Shown: positions 8,819-19,729 of the stretch, piece by piece
How the letters are laid out: each line of letters opens with the position of its first letter
How positions within the stretch are numbered: position 1 is the stretch's first letter
NCBI GenBank assembly: GCA_937127245.1
Contig: CAKZLU010000041.1
Span: 9,824 to 73,823, forward strand
DNA length: 64,000 nt
Reading direction: 5' to 3'
DNA from: an uncultured Actinomycetes bacterium
GTDB lineage: Bacteria > Actinomycetota > Geothermincolia > Fen-727 > JACVIW01
Notes under the pieces: generated by a model
What the model was told of the DNA's origin: nothing
The model's input: only the letters and a program-made list of their open reading frames with translations
Database searches by the model: none
Position numbers and translations under genes: made by a program

Positions 8819-10705
8819 ATGGTCAGGTCCGTTTTGAGCAAGGTAAATTCTCCCGCTGATCTAAAAGATCTTTCCCGTGAGGAGCTCAATTGTCTCGCTT
8901 CCGAGATAAGAGAACTCATCGTTGAGACAACCAGCGCCAACGGAGGCCATCTTGCCTCAAGCCTCGGGGCTGTTGAGGTTGCCATCGCGGTTCACAGAGC
9001 ATTTAACGCCCCACTGGATAAGATCATATGGGATGTGGGGCATCAAGCGTATGCTCACAAGATAATTACAGGAAGGCGACAGTCCTTCAGAACATTGAGG
9101 CAAAAGGGAGGCGTCAGCGGATTCCCGCGCAGGTCGGAAAGCCCTTATGACCTCACCGACAGCGGTCACTCAGGTGGTTCTATAAGCTATGGCGTGGGAC
9201 TTGCGCTTTCGCGTGAACTAACAGGTGATGATTATGGAGTAGTTGTTATCGTCGGGGATGGCTCAATGACCTCCGGTGTCGCCTATGAGGCAATGAATCA
9301 GGCTGGTCACCATTTAAGTTCGAATTTTGTGATAATCCTTAACGACAACGAAATGTCGATTTCCAAGAATGTTGGGGGGTTTGCTTCATACCTGTCAAGA
9401 ATAAGAATCAAGCCTACCTATACCCATGTGAAAAAAGAGATCGAGTCTATCCTCGGGTCCTTTCCGGGTTGGGGAGAAGCCATTTATCGTGTCATAACCA
9501 ATGTCAAGGCATCTATAAGCCATGCTCTTCTTCCGGGTCTTCTTTTCGAGGCAATAGGACTCAAGTATGTGGGACCGATCGACGGTCATAACATAAAGGA
9601 ACTTGAACAGACGCTTCTTGAGGCGAGGAAAGTTGATGGTCCCGTTTTAATTCACGCCATAACCAGAAAAGGCTTTGGCTATCCTCCGGCGGCAGAGAAG
9701 CCGGATGAGTTCCACGGTGTCGGTCCATTCGATAAGAACACCGGCTCTTTTAAAAGGAAAGAGGGAAATAAGACCTATACGGAGTTATTCTCGGAAGCGA
9801 TTGTGAGAATCGGCGCTGAGCGCAAAAAGCTTGTGGCAATAACCGCGGCCATGAAGCTCGGAACGGGACTCGATAAGTTCAGCAAACGATTCCCGGAGAG
9901 ATTTTTCGACGTCGGCATCGCTGAGCAGTTCGCGGTAAACCTTGCGGCGGGCTTCGCGATAGGAGGTCTCCAGCCCATCGTTGCAATATATTCAACTTTT
10001 CTTCAGCGCGCTTTCGATCAGATATCACAGGAAGTCTGCCTCCAGAATCTCCCTGTTGTTTTTGCTGTTGACCGCGCAGGGCTGGTGGGGGAGGATGGAA
10101 GCACTCACCACGGCTATTTTGACATCTCATACTTGAGAGTCCTTCCAAACATGACAGTAATGGCTCCCGGGGACGGCAGGGAACTCGAACTGATGTTGAA
10201 TTACGCTCTCCAACTCGGCTTTCCTGCTGCAGTGAGGTTTCCGAGGACATCCGCGGATTTCATTGAAGGTTACGAGCCTCCGGCGATAGTTTCAGGAACG
10301 GGTGTGAGATTAAAAGATGGATCTGACGTGGTCCTAGTGGCTATTGGGGATATGACTGCGCGGGCGCTTGAGGCCTCGGAGATGCTCGAGAAAGAGGGAG
10401 TATCCGCGGGCGTGGTGAATGCCCGGTTCGCAAAACCGCTTGACCCTGATTTCTTCACGGAAGTCTGTCGAGGCAAAAGATTAGTGCTCACGCTTGAGAA
10501 TAACAGCCTCGCCGGCGGATTTGGTAGCGCTTTAGTTGAGCTGTTATGCGATTGCAAGTGTGAGGCTCGTGTCGTGCGCAAGGGTATCCCCGACCGCTAT
10601 ATCGAGCACGGTTCTGTTGATCAGTTGATAGACGAGATAGGTCTATCCCCTGAAAAGATTTGCAAGGACGTAATCCGCGCGCTTCATTTTGAGCATGATG
10701 ATTAA
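8819..10705 (+). CDS. dxs: 1-deoxy-D-xylulose-5-phosphate synthase
   Basis: The N-terminus ...INSPADLKDLSREELNCLASEIRELIVETTSANGGHLASSLGAVEVAIAVH, the TPP-binding GDG motif (IVGDGSMTSG) and a length of 628 aa all fit Dxs. Confidence 0.95.
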   Translation: MVRSVLSKVNSPADLKDLSREELNCLASEIRELIVETTSANGGHLASSLGAVEVAIAVHRAFNAPLDKIIWDVGHQAYAHKIITGRRQSFRTLRQKGGVSGFPRRSESPYDLTDSGHSGGSISYGVGLALSRELTGDDYGVVVIVGDGSMTSGVAYEAMNQAGHHLSSNFVIILNDNEMSISKNVGGFASYLSRIRIKPTYTHVKKEIESILGSFPGWGEAIYRVITNVKASISHALLPGLLFEAIGLKYVGPIDGHNIKELEQTLLEARKVDGPVLIHAITRKGFGYPPAAEKPDEFHGVGPFDKNTGSFKRKEGNKTYTELFSEAIVRIGAERKKLVAITAAMKLGTGLDKFSKRFPERFFDVGIAEQFAVNLAAGFAIGGLQPIVAIYSTFLQRAFDQISQEVCLQNLPVVFAVDRAGLVGEDGSTHHGYFDISYLRVLPNMTVMAPGDGRELELMLNYALQLGFPAAVRFPRTSADFIEGYEPPAIVSGTGVRLKDGSDVVLVAIGDMTARALEASEMLEKEGVSAGVVNARFAKPLDPDFFTEVCRGKRLVLTLENNSLAGGFGSALVELLCDCKCEARVVRKGIPDRYIEHGSVDQLIDEIGLSPEKICKDVIRALHFEHDD

Positions 10706-11516
10706 AAGAAGGCTTGATGCCTACCTCCACGAATCTGGTTTCTTTCCGAGTCGCGAGAAGGCCAAATCCGCGATAATGGCTGGCGCTGTCCTTGTTGACG
10801 GAAGAATAATAACAAAGCCTGGTACGCAGGTAACTCAAGACCAGAGAATAGAGGTCCAGACTAAAGGGGAAGAATACGTTTCTCGCGGTGGTTTCAAACT
10901 TGAGCACGCATTAAAATCTTTTGGTGCTGAAGTGGCGGGAAGAAATGTGCTCGATGTCGGTTCTTCAACGGGTGGATTTACAGACTGCCTTTTAAGAATG
11001 GGGGCTCGAGGCGTCATCGCTGTTGATGTGGGTAAAGGACTTCTCCACTGGAAACTGAGGAATGATCCGAGAGTCTTTGTGCTTGAGGGGAAGAACGCGA
11101 GATACTTGAAAAGAGCTGACCTCCCTTTCAAGCCGGATATGGCGGTCATTGACGTTTCCTTTATCTCGCTAAGGAAGGTTCTACCCGCCGTGCTCGATGT
11201 TCTTGAGGACCCGAAAGAGATCGTAGCGCTCGTTAAGCCCCAGTTTGAGGCGGGCAGAAGAGATGTGGGTAAGGGTGGAGTCATCAGGGACCCTGCCGTT
11301 CATGCGCGCGTGCTTGAATCGCTTTGGCAATGGTTGCTCGAAGAGGGGCTATCACTTAAGGCAGTGACGTTCTCCCCGATAAGAGGTCCCGGTGGGAATG
11401 TGGAGTTCTTCGTGCATCTTAAGGGATTCGGCTCATGTTTGGTATCAAGAATCGAGATTCAAAAGGCAGTGGCTGAAGCCCAAAAAAAATTTGCCACGCG
11501 TGGTCATTTGGTTTGA
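10698..11516 (+). CDS. tlyA: TlyA-family 16S/23S rRNA (cytidine-2'-O)-methyltransferase (hemolysin A homolog)
   Basis: MIKRRLDAYLHESGFFPSREKAKSAIMAGAVLVDG is an S4 domain; the FtsJ-like methyltransferase part contains GSSTGGFTDCLL. The ORF frame opens at 10689; the start I call is the ATG at 10698. Confidence 0.85.
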   Translation: MIKRRLDAYLHESGFFPSREKAKSAIMAGAVLVDGRIITKPGTQVTQDQRIEVQTKGEEYVSRGGFKLEHALKSFGAEVAGRNVLDVGSSTGGFTDCLLRMGARGVIAVDVGKGLLHWKLRNDPRVFVLEGKNARYLKRADLPFKPDMAVIDVSFISLRKVLPAVLDVLEDPKEIVALVKPQFEAGRRDVGKGGVIRDPAVHARVLESLWQWLLEEGLSLKAVTFSPIRGPGGNVEFFVHLKGFGSCLVSRIEIQKAVAEAQKKFATRGHLV

Positions 11517-11598
11517 CCCAAAGAGGATTTTCAATACTACTGGACGAAGGTGGTTGTGATTAAGCCGTCCGTTCACGCGGGCTGGCTCCGGGCTTATC

Positions 11599-12504
11599 TT
11601 GGAGAGCGAAATGGCGAATATGTATGGTTACGGCGAATGCAAAAGGGTGCTCATCGTTCCCAACGTCAGCAAGCAAGGGATAGGGGAGTTTGCTAAGAAA
11701 GTCTTGTCTAAGTTTGCGAGCCTCGGGGTCAAATGTTATTTCCTCGAGGAAGATGCCCGCGCTCTCAGCATGGAGGACGCATTTCGCTTTCAGGACAAGC
11801 AGGAACAACCAATAGACTGCGTTGTGGTCCTGGGCGGTGATGGAACTGTTCTACACGCTGTCTCTGTAATGGAAAAAATTGACCTTGACGTTCCCGTGAT
11901 GGGCATAAATATAGGGAAGATCGGTTTTCTGACCTCTGCTGAGATGCATGATGCTGACACCGCTTGCGAGATGCTGTACAGGGAAGAGTTTCGCTTAAGC
12001 GAGAGATCTATGTTGGGCTGCAGGCTAAACTCTAATAACCCGACCGTTGAGCATAAGGCTTTAAACGAAGTTGTTATAGGCAAAATACAAAGGGAAAGGC
12101 TCATTCACTTAAACACGTATATCAATGGAGAGTTCTTTATGAGATATTCGGGCGATGGGCTCATATTCGCAACGTCAACAGGCTCAACCGCATACTCCCT
12201 TTCATCGGGGGGGCCAATAGTAACGCCCGGGATAAAATGTGTGTTGATGACGCCTATCTGTGCTCACATGCTGTTTTCAAGACCAATGGTTCTGAACTGG
12301 TCAGACGTGGTGACCGTCCGGCTGGAGGGAGAAAAGGAGAGACTTGCAGTCAGTGTTGACGGGCATACAGAGGAGGAGATATCGCCTGATTCCAGCGTGG
12401 AGATTTACGGCTCTGAAAGGGTCGTTCATCTTGTAGAACTTGAGGGTTCCACTTTTTATCGGACATTGAGGGAGAAGTTTCTCACCTATCCCGGTGCGAG
12501 ATAA
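11599..12504 (+). CDS. nadK: NAD kinase
   Basis: VVVLGGDGTVLHAV is the GGDG motif and ...NEVVI is the NE/D short motif. The gene sits in the classic dxs-tlyA-nadK-recN cluster. Confidence 0.9.
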   Translation: MESEMANMYGYGECKRVLIVPNVSKQGIGEFAKKVLSKFASLGVKCYFLEEDARALSMEDAFRFQDKQEQPIDCVVVLGGDGTVLHAVSVMEKIDLDVPVMGINIGKIGFLTSAEMHDADTACEMLYREEFRLSERSMLGCRLNSNNPTVEHKALNEVVIGKIQRERLIHLNTYINGEFFMRYSGDGLIFATSTGSTAYSLSSGGPIVTPGIKCVLMTPICAHMLFSRPMVLNWSDVVTVRLEGEKERLAVSVDGHTEEEISPDSSVEIYGSERVVHLVELEGSTFYRTLREKFLTYPGAR

Positions 12505-12516
12505 CAGGGTATTTCA

Positions 12517-14268
12517 ATGCTCACCTATCTGGAAATAGAAGATTTTGCTTTGATAAAAAGCATAAAGATTGAATTTAAGCCCGGATTCAACGCTCTTACC
12601 GGTGAAACGGGGGCGGGAAAAACCGTGCTCATTGGAGCCATTGGTTTGCTGCTTGGCGATCGCGCCGATTCCGTGCAGATCAGAAAGGGGGCAGGTGAGG
12701 CGAACCTCAGCTGCCAGTTTGACTTGAGGATGTTTCCGGAGACACTCGGCAGGCTAATTGAATCCGGTTTTGTCAGTGAGGGTGAAACCGAAATCACGCT
12801 TTGGAGAACAATCTCGAAGCAAGGCAAGGGAAGAAGTGCGCTTAACGGCAGGATTTGCTCAATAGGAACGCTTGCTGAGTTAGGTGAGATGCTCGTTGAT
12901 ATACATGGTCAGAGCGCTCACCAGTCGCTGCTTAAAAGCAACGTGCACATAGAATACCTGGACAGATTCGCCGGTCCCGAACACCTGAAGCTTCTTGGCG
13001 AGTACTCAAGGGAGTATTCACGTCTTAAGGCTTTGGAGCGTGAACTGAGAAACATAACGTATGACCCTGAGCGTGTGGAAAGGGAGAGGGAATTTCTCGG
13101 GCATGCGGTCAGCGAGATAGATAATGCCGCACCCAAGCCCGGGGAGCTTGATGAGCTTGAACAAAGGGCGGGCGTTTTGCGGAACGCCAGAGAGCTTATC
13201 AAGAGCGCGAAAGCGATTCAACAATTAATGGTGGCAGAGGACCCCGGCTACCCGTCTATAAGGGATTTACTTCTCCGGGTTTTTGAGGAAACCAAAAGAG
13301 CCTCCGAGAAAGATAAGTGGTTCGATGGGATATCTGAGAAATTTTCGGAAATCCTTTTCGAGTTTGAGGAAATTTCCCAGGACCTCGAGCGGTACGTTCT
13401 CGATAAGGAGATGGATCCTGGCCAGCTCGAACAACTGGAGCACAGGATAACGTTGCTCCGGGAGCTCATAAGGAAATACGGAACCTACGGCACCTCCCTG
13501 GATGAAGTTATCTCTTACAGAGATGAAGCCGCAAAGAGGCTTGAGAGAATTGATAGCGAGTGTTCAAGGGTTGAGGGTATAACCGCCGAAATCAACTCTC
13601 GAGCACACACTGTCCTCAGCCTGGCTCAAAGGCTTTCCGAAAACCGGAAAAAAGCCGCGGTCTCGCTTTCGAAAGCCGCGTTAAGGGAATTGAATGACCT
13701 TGAGCTCGGAAGCGCCAGGTTCGAAGTTTCAATAAAGAGAAAAGACGGAATGGCGAAAAGCGATTCCTTGTGCATAGAATCCTGCGGTCCCTACGGGTTT
13801 GACTCGGTTGAATTTTTGTTTTCGTCTGAAGCCGATGGCGAACTTGGACCGCTGCGCAAAATCGCTTCGGGCGGCGAGATGTCAAGAGTGATGTTAGCGT
13901 TGAAGATAGTCCTGGCGGACTCAGACCGCATACCTGTTTTGATCTTTGATGAGGTTGATACGGGGATAGGGGGTGAAACGGCCGGTAAAGTGGGGGAGAA
14001 GATTCGTGCTCTGAGTTCCTATCACCAGATATTTTGCGTAACACACATGCCGCAGATATCGGCTTATGCTGAGCATCAGTACAGCGTGCGCAAAACAAGA
14101 GCGAAAGGAGAAACAAACACTCAGATTCTTCCTCTCGATGGCGAAGGCAGAATTCTTGAGATATGCCGGATGCTGGGCGATTCCACGGGAAGAGACGCAA
14201 CCGTGAAGCATGCACGCGATCTGTTGAAAAGGTCGCAGGTAAGAAAACAGTCTGAGGATGTGAGATAA
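12517..14268 (+). CDS. recN: DNA repair protein RecN
   Basis: MLTYLEIEDFALIKSIKIEFKPGFNALTGETGAGKTVLIGAIGLLLG is the Walker A region; the C-terminus has the SMC-like signature SGGEMSRVMLALK and Walker B VLIFDEVDTGIGG. Confidence 0.95.
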   Translation: MLTYLEIEDFALIKSIKIEFKPGFNALTGETGAGKTVLIGAIGLLLGDRADSVQIRKGAGEANLSCQFDLRMFPETLGRLIESGFVSEGETEITLWRTISKQGKGRSALNGRICSIGTLAELGEMLVDIHGQSAHQSLLKSNVHIEYLDRFAGPEHLKLLGEYSREYSRLKALERELRNITYDPERVEREREFLGHAVSEIDNAAPKPGELDELEQRAGVLRNARELIKSAKAIQQLMVAEDPGYPSIRDLLLRVFEETKRASEKDKWFDGISEKFSEILFEFEEISQDLERYVLDKEMDPGQLEQLEHRITLLRELIRKYGTYGTSLDEVISYRDEAAKRLERIDSECSRVEGITAEINSRAHTVLSLAQRLSENRKKAAVSLSKAALRELNDLELGSARFEVSIKRKDGMAKSDSLCIESCGPYGFDSVEFLFSSEADGELGPLRKIASGGEMSRVMLALKIVLADSDRIPVLIFDEVDTGIGGETAGKVGEKIRALSSYHQIFCVTHMPQISAYAEHQYSVRKTRAKGETNTQILPLDGEGRILEICRMLGDSTGRDATVKHARDLLKRSQVRKQSEDVR

Positions 14269-14323
14269 TCCGTATCAGTAATATCTGTTAATTGATCGGT
14301 TGGTGGAATTCTATTCAAAAGCC

Positions 14324-15466
14324 ATGGTCAACATAATTGAAGGTAACGCAAGGCTCGACCGGAGAACAAAGAATCTCGTAAAGAGATTGCGCCCTGGGGA
14401 AATTGCCATTATTGATCATGAAGATTTGGACAGGGTTTCAGCCGAATCTCTGGTTGAAGCAAGACCCACTTGCGTTGTCAATGCCTCAAAATCCATAAGC
14501 GGACGCTATCCGAACGCTGGTCCGTACATACTTCTCTTATCGGAAATCCACCTTGTTGACGGTGTGGGACCGGGTATATTCGAGGCTGTTCGCGAGGGAG
14601 ACAGGTTACAGATAGAGGACGGCAAAATCTATCTGAGCGGAGAGGTCGTTGCTCAAGGGAAAGCGCTTACGATCGCGCAGGTTCAAACGCTTATGGAGGA
14701 GAGCAAGGAGAATCTCTCTTTTCACCTCGAGGAATTCGCGTCTAACACGCTTGAGTTGATAAAAATGGAGAAAGGGATTCTTTTCGATTCAGTAATCCTC
14801 CCGGAGATTAAGACAAAAATTAAAGGGAAACATGTTCTTGTTGTAGTGAGGGGATATGAGTTCAAAAAAGACCTTGCCGCCCTTAAGCCTTACATAAGGG
14901 AGTTCAAGCCCGTACTGCTCGCGGTTGACGGTGGAGCCGATGCTTTGCTGGAAATGGGCTACAGACCACAAATGATTGTTGGCGACATGGACAGCGTAAG
15001 CGATAGGGCGCTTCTTTCGGGGGCAGAGCTCGTTGTTCATGGCTACCCCGACGGAAGGGTTCCTGGAATGAAAAGACTTAAGGAGTTGGGAGTCAGCGGT
15101 TCGGTTTTCAGCTATCCCGGGACCAGCGAGGACGTTGCCATGCTGCTCGCTTACGAACTCGGGGCGGACCTTATAGTACTCGTTGGCGGGCATTCAAACC
15201 TCATTGAGTATCTTGATAAAGACAGGAAAGGCATGTCGAGCACTTTTCTTGTCAGGCTGCGCGTTGGTTCACGGCTCGTTGACGCCAAGGGGTTGAGCAA
15301 GATATATCAGCAGCGGGTAAGAAGCTGGCACCTAATCATAATGGTCCTCGCTGCGTTGATAACGATTTCGATAGTCATTGCTTTTTCCGAGCCTGTGCGC
15401 CAGTTCCTCACAATTCTCGCGATGAGATTTCAAGTATGGATACTGAAACTGCAAAGCCTTATTTAA
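14324..15466 (+). CDS. SteA-like putative cytokinetic-ring protein (Rv1697 family, thiamine-pyrophosphokinase-like domain)
   Basis: LLAVDGGADALLEMGYRPQMIVGDMDSV resembles the TPK catalytic motif. There is a C-terminal TM helix. Its position directly after recN matches the actinobacterial recN-steA-steB arrangement. The ORF frame opens at 14300 (TTG); ATG at 14324 is the preferred start. Confidence 0.6.
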   Translation: MVNIIEGNARLDRRTKNLVKRLRPGEIAIIDHEDLDRVSAESLVEARPTCVVNASKSISGRYPNAGPYILLLSEIHLVDGVGPGIFEAVREGDRLQIEDGKIYLSGEVVAQGKALTIAQVQTLMEESKENLSFHLEEFASNTLELIKMEKGILFDSVILPEIKTKIKGKHVLVVVRGYEFKKDLAALKPYIREFKPVLLAVDGGADALLEMGYRPQMIVGDMDSVSDRALLSGAELVVHGYPDGRVPGMKRLKELGVSGSVFSYPGTSEDVAMLLAYELGADLIVLVGGHSNLIEYLDKDRKGMSSTFLVRLRVGSRLVDAKGLSKIYQQRVRSWHLIIMVLAALITISIVIAFSEPVRQFLTILAMRFQVWILKLQSLI

Positions 15467-15482
15467 TTTCGGGGGGTTTAAT

Positions 15483-16337
15483 TTGATTGACATACGCTAT
15501 CACGTGATCTCCCTGGTTGCCGTTCTTCTCGCCCTGGGTATAGGGATACTTCTCGGGACAACTCTGGTTGAAAGAGGTCTTATAGCGGAGCAAAAGGCAG
15601 AGATCGATTCGCTCAAGAAGACTTTCGGCGAGATTAGGGAGAGCAACAAAGAACTGAACAGCGAGCTAAAAGTGTATATGGAGTTCGCAAGCCAGGCGAA
15701 AGAATATCTTATTTCGGGAAGGCTTTCGGCCAGGTCTTTTACGCTAATCTTCATCGACGGCGTTGGAGACGCAACCCTCGCCTCAGTGAGGGACTCGATT
15801 GCCTCAGCGGGCGGAACGGTCGTATTTAATATTAAACTTGCGGGCGATGATGTCTTTGAAAACGCAGACGTGAGAAGAAATCTTGTCCAGTTTTTCGGCA
15901 TATCCGATGATGCGACTGTTTTAAAAAAGAAAGCACTTGAGGAGATCGTCAATCAGGTGGTCACGCTTGTAAACCCGAACATGCTTAAGGAGCTCGAAAG
16001 AATAGGAGTCCTCGAAATTTCAGGTGAGTTTCAAGCTCTACCATCCGGATGCGTATTTATTTCCGAGAGGGAAAAAATCGCGAAAGAGAGAATTGATGCA
16101 TTTGAGGGCGAGCTCGTCAGGCAATTCGTTGCACGGGGATTCGCGGTGCTCGGCGCTAGCGGCGAGAAAACAAGCGAAGATGTATTGTCCGTGCTAAGGG
16201 AGTCGGGAGCTTCAACAGTGGAGCGCGTGGATACGGTCCCCGGTCAGGTAGCCATGGTAATAGCTTTGGAGGGGAGAGGCGGAAACTACGGGAGGACCCG
16301 AAGCGCTGATAGACTGATTCCGGAGCCTGTTCAATGA
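15483..16337 (+). CDS. MctB/SteB-like membrane-anchored protein (Rv1698 family)
   Basis: N-terminal TM anchor YHVISLVAVLLALGIGILLGTT followed by a coiled-coil. It follows the steA-like gene as in Corynebacterineae. Confidence 0.55.
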   Translation: MIDIRYHVISLVAVLLALGIGILLGTTLVERGLIAEQKAEIDSLKKTFGEIRESNKELNSELKVYMEFASQAKEYLISGRLSARSFTLIFIDGVGDATLASVRDSIASAGGTVVFNIKLAGDDVFENADVRRNLVQFFGISDDATVLKKKALEEIVNQVVTLVNPNMLKELERIGVLEISGEFQALPSGCVFISEREKIAKERIDAFEGELVRQFVARGFAVLGASGEKTSEDVLSVLRESGASTVERVDTVPGQVAMVIALEGRGGNYGRTRSADRLIPEPVQ

Positions 16338-17020
16338 ATAATGGGACGGTTAAGACGTTATGTCTGGTTCCTGCGTTCAACGAGGAAGGTATTATAGCCT
16401 CCACGATCGCCGCGCTTCTTGAAATAGAAGCGATTGATTCGGTGGTGGTATTGGACGACCACTCTTCGGATCGTACGTCTCTCGAGGCCGCCCGGATGGG
16501 CGTCAGGGTTATTCGCAACGGAGAGAATCTCGGAAAAGGCAGTTCGATAAACCGCGTGTTACCCCACTTTGATTTCGGTTACCTCCTGTTGATAGACGGT
16601 GACCTCGGAGCTCACGCAGCTCGTGCACGCGTTCTACTGGAGGCGACCCTTAATGATGAAACAGATCTCGCGGTGGCTTCTTTCCCCCCGCCTACGAGAA
16701 AAGGGGGGTTTGGTTTCGTAAAGGGTCTTGCCAGATTCGGTATCAAAAGGCTTACCGGCAGGGAGTTTACCTCGCCTATATCTGGGCAGAGGGCAATGAA
16801 CAGGAAAGCTTTCAGCGCGACTTTTCCGTTCGACCCGGGTTTTGGGATTGAGGTTGGCATGACAGTTGATGCCTTGAGGTCGGGCTTGAGGGTGAGCGAA
16901 ATACCCACCGATATGTCCCATCGCGAGACGGGAAGGGACATAGCAGGGTTTGTCCATAGAGGAAAGCAATTTATAGACATATTTTTTGCTTTATCAAGGC
17001 GATTGTTTGGTGGTAAATGA
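16334..17020 (+). CDS. Family-2 glycosyltransferase (dolichyl-phosphate mannosyltransferase-like)
   Basis: LVPAFNEEGIIASTIAALLEI...VVVLDDHSSDRTSLEAARMGVRVIRNGENLGKGSS carries the GT2 N-terminal DxD/DDxS signature. Confidence 0.75.
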   Translation: MNNGTVKTLCLVPAFNEEGIIASTIAALLEIEAIDSVVVLDDHSSDRTSLEAARMGVRVIRNGENLGKGSSINRVLPHFDFGYLLLIDGDLGAHAARARVLLEATLNDETDLAVASFPPPTRKGGFGFVKGLARFGIKRLTGREFTSPISGQRAMNRKAFSATFPFDPGFGIEVGMTVDALRSGLRVSEIPTDMSHRETGRDIAGFVHRGKQFIDIFFALSRRLFGGK

Positions 17021-17865
17021 TTGCGATTAAAGCAACAGCATGTTTCTTTGGCGCTTTTGCGCTAGCAGTTGGTTTTCTTTTCCTATTGAAGGATTTGATG
17101 GGCACCCGACCCTTCCTGAAGCCCAATTACGCGGGAAGGGAAATTCCCGGATACGCTGGCATAGTCTTTTTTCCATGTATGGTCCTGATGTTTCTTGCAA
17201 GCGCTCTCATACCCTTTATAAGAGATAAGTCAGATGGCTGGATAAGGGTTTATGCCCTTCTTTCCGGTATGTGCATGCTGGGTCTTACGGATGATGTTTT
17301 CGGTACTTCCCATCAAAAGGGTTTTGGCGGACATATTGGTTCGCTTGCGCGCGGGAGAATTACAACGGGGGCGCTGAAGGCAATGGGCGGATTTGCTCTC
17401 TCGATCGCTGTATTACTCCCTTATAGCGTTCCGCGCTGGGAAGTTCTGGTCAATGCCTCAATTACTGCACTGAGCGCAAACCTTTTCAACCTATTGGACA
17501 TGAGACCAGGACGAGCCCTGAAAGCGTTCTTCCCGCTGTTCGGTCTTGTGGTTTTTCTTCTCAAGGATAGCGGCGCTGGGGTATTATGTCCCGTTTGCGC
17601 GTCCGCCGGTATCGCTCTGGCGCTTTTCCCCGGAGACCTGCGGGAAATTCATATGATGGGAGATGCTGGGTCCAACGTAATAGGTGCTACAATAGGTTTT
17701 GGTATCTGTGCGGGTTTGATTGAGTCTTTACCATGGAGGATCGTTGCTTTAATCATTGTGGCTTTTCTGAACCTTCTTTCAGAGTGGTATTCGTTCACAA
17801 AGATCATAGAGTCGAGCAAGATTCTATCTTGGATTGATAATGCTGGTAGAAAGAGCTGGGAGTAG
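17017..17865 (+). CDS. Polytopic membrane protein, divergent MraY/WecA-like (GT4 polyprenyl-phosphate sugar-phosphate transferase-like)
   Basis: Eight or more hydrophobic helices. LGLTDDVF (DD motif) and ANLFNLLDMRPGRALK resemble the NxxNxxDGxDGL region of the MraY/WecA family but are degenerate. The start overlaps the GT2 stop. Confidence 0.45.
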   Translation: MIAIKATACFFGAFALAVGFLFLLKDLMGTRPFLKPNYAGREIPGYAGIVFFPCMVLMFLASALIPFIRDKSDGWIRVYALLSGMCMLGLTDDVFGTSHQKGFGGHIGSLARGRITTGALKAMGGFALSIAVLLPYSVPRWEVLVNASITALSANLFNLLDMRPGRALKAFFPLFGLVVFLLKDSGAGVLCPVCASAGIALALFPGDLREIHMMGDAGSNVIGATIGFGICAGLIESLPWRIVALIIVAFLNLLSEWYSFTKIIESSKILSWIDNAGRKSWE

Positions 17866-17927
17866 AGGAGTCAGAAGTAATTCGACGAAAGACACTGTAT
17901 CAGGTCTCGTGTTAGATAACGGGAGGT

Positions 17928-19586
17928 TTGATGCCTGCTAAACATATCTTCGTGACCGGCGGAGTGGTTTCATCGCTTGGAAAAGGCATAACCGCTGCCA
18001 GCATAGGATTATTGCTCAAAGCTAGAGGGCTAAACGTGATAATGCAAAAAATTGACCCCTACATAAACGTTGACCCTGGCACCATGAATCCATTCCAGCA
18101 CGGGGAAGTATTCGTAACTGATGACGGCACTGAGACTGATCTTGATATAGGACATTACGAAAGGTTTGTTGACGTTAACCTGGGTAGGGACAGCAACGTT
18201 ACCACGGGGACGGTTTACGGGGCTGTAATAAACCGCGAGCGCAAGGGTGAGTTCCTCGGTGCGACGGTGCAGGTCATTCCGCATATTACCGACGAGATTA
18301 AAAGGAGAATAAGGAAACTTTGCGCTAGCAGTGATGTTCAAGTTGCGATAAGCGAAGTGGGCGGCACGGTTGGAGACATCGAGGGACAACCTTTCTTGGA
18401 GGCTATACGCCAGATGAGGAAGGACCTGGGACATGAGAATGTTTTTTACGTTCATGTCACGCTCGTTCCTTATCTGGAGACATCCAGGGAGTTGAAGACA
18501 AAACCCACGCAGCACAGCGTCAAAGAGCTGAAAAGTCTCGGCATCCAGCCTGACGCGATTGTATGCAGATCGGACAGGCCGATCACCAGTGACGTGAAGG
18601 AAAAGATAGCCTTATTCTGCGACACCGACAAGGAAGCGGTTGTCTCGGCAATAAACGCCGAGACGATTTACGAGGTTCCTTTGATGCTTCACCGCGAGGG
18701 TTTGGATGGATATATCGTCAGGCATCTTGGTCTTCCCTCCAGGGAGCCTGACTTGGCTGGGTGGGAAGAACTTGTGCGGAAGATAAAGAACCCCAGGGAG
18801 GATATAAAGATCGCTATCGTCGGGAAGTACGTTGACCTTCCCGACGCATACATAAGCATCGTCGAAGCGCTTGTTCATGCCGGCGTCAAATACAATTTAA
18901 AGGTGATACCGGTCTGGGTGGCCTCAGACAGTCTCGAAGACGAGAGGTGCTTGGAACACTTGAGGCAAGTGCACGGTATTCTGGTTCCGGGTGGATTTGG
19001 AGTGAGAGGAATCGAGGGAAAGATTTTGGCGATAAAGTACGCAAGGGAAAACAAGATACCTTTCCTCGGGCTTTGTTTGGGTATTCAGTGCGCGGTAATT
19101 GAGTACGCGCGCAATGTTGTGGGAATGAAGGGGGCAAACTCGTCTGAGTTCGATCCTAATACGCCCTACCCGGTGATTGACCTTATGGAACATCAAAGGG
19201 GCATCAGTCATCTTGGCGGGACAATGAGGCTCGGTTTGTATCCGTGTAAACTCATGCGCGGCAGCAAAGCGTGGGAGGCGTACGGCGAGGAAATGGTTTA
19301 CGAAAGGCACAGACACCGTTACGAGGTCAACAATGCGTTAAGGGGAAGGCTTGAGGAGGTGGGTCTTGTTTTTTCAGGAACGTCACCGGATGGAAAGCTT
19401 GTCGAAATTCTTGAGATACCAGACCACCCGTGGTTTGTTGCCTGCCAGTTCCATCCAGAGTTCAAATCCCGTCCCCTGCGACCCCACCCGTTATTCCGAG
19501 AGTTCGTTGCCGCGGCGTTCAACAGAAAGAGGATGATGACGCAGGAGCATATTGAGGATGCGGGTGAAATAAGCGCCGCGAAGTGA
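17928..19586 (+). CDS. pyrG: CTP synthase
   Basis: [30 protein letters not shown] and the C-terminal glutamine amidotransferase signature [16 protein letters not shown] identify PyrG. Confidence 0.95.
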   Translation: MMPAKHIFVTGGVVSSLGKGITAASIGLLLKARGLNVIMQKIDPYINVDPGTMNPFQHGEVFVTDDGTETDLDIGHYERFVDVNLGRDSNVTTGTVYGAVINRERKGEFLGATVQVIPHITDEIKRRIRKLCASSDVQVAISEVGGTVGDIEGQPFLEAIRQMRKDLGHENVFYVHVTLVPYLETSRELKTKPTQHSVKELKSLGIQPDAIVCRSDRPITSDVKEKIALFCDTDKEAVVSAINAETIYEVPLMLHREGLDGYIVRHLGLPSREPDLAGWEELVRKIKNPREDIKIAIVGKYVDLPDAYISIVEALVHAGVKYNLKVIPVWVASDSLEDERCLEHLRQVHGILVPGGFGVRGIEGKILAIKYARENKIPFLGLCLGIQCAVIEYARNVVGMKGANSSEFDPNTPYPVIDLMEHQRGISHLGGTMRLGLYPCKLMRGSKAWEAYGEEMVYERHRHRYEVNNALRGRLEEVGLVFSGTSPDGKLVEILEIPDHPWFVACQFHPEFKSRPLRPHPLFREFVAAAFNRKRMMTQEHIEDAGEISAAK

Positions 19587-19588
19587 GG

Positions 19589-19625
19589 GCAAGAAGACCG
19601 TTTGCTTCTGCACTTTGGTTTTATT
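19589..19625 (+). terminator. Putative intrinsic terminator after pyrG
   Basis: An imperfect hairpin (gcaagaag ... cttctgc) is followed by actttggttttatt. Confidence 0.3.
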
Positions 19626-19729
19626 AAGCATGTTTACTTTCATAGCAGTTTTGAGGAATTCTCTCGCTGAGGGAATGTTTGAGAGGTGTCATACCGATTC
19701 CAATCAGAATTTAAAAGCTTTCAATTTTT

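Noticed and set aside
13616-14215. 199-aa antisense ORF inside recN. Similar long antisense ORFs occur at 41988-42728 (in uvrB), 58521-59486 (in infB), 30684-31493 (in cmk), 5539-6150 (in paaK) and 57637-58194.
   Set aside because: Each is fully embedded opposite a confidently identified, motif-rich housekeeping gene. Their translations are low-complexity, Ser/Pro/Arg-rich and have no RBS, which is typical of shadow ORFs in roughly 50% GC coding DNA.
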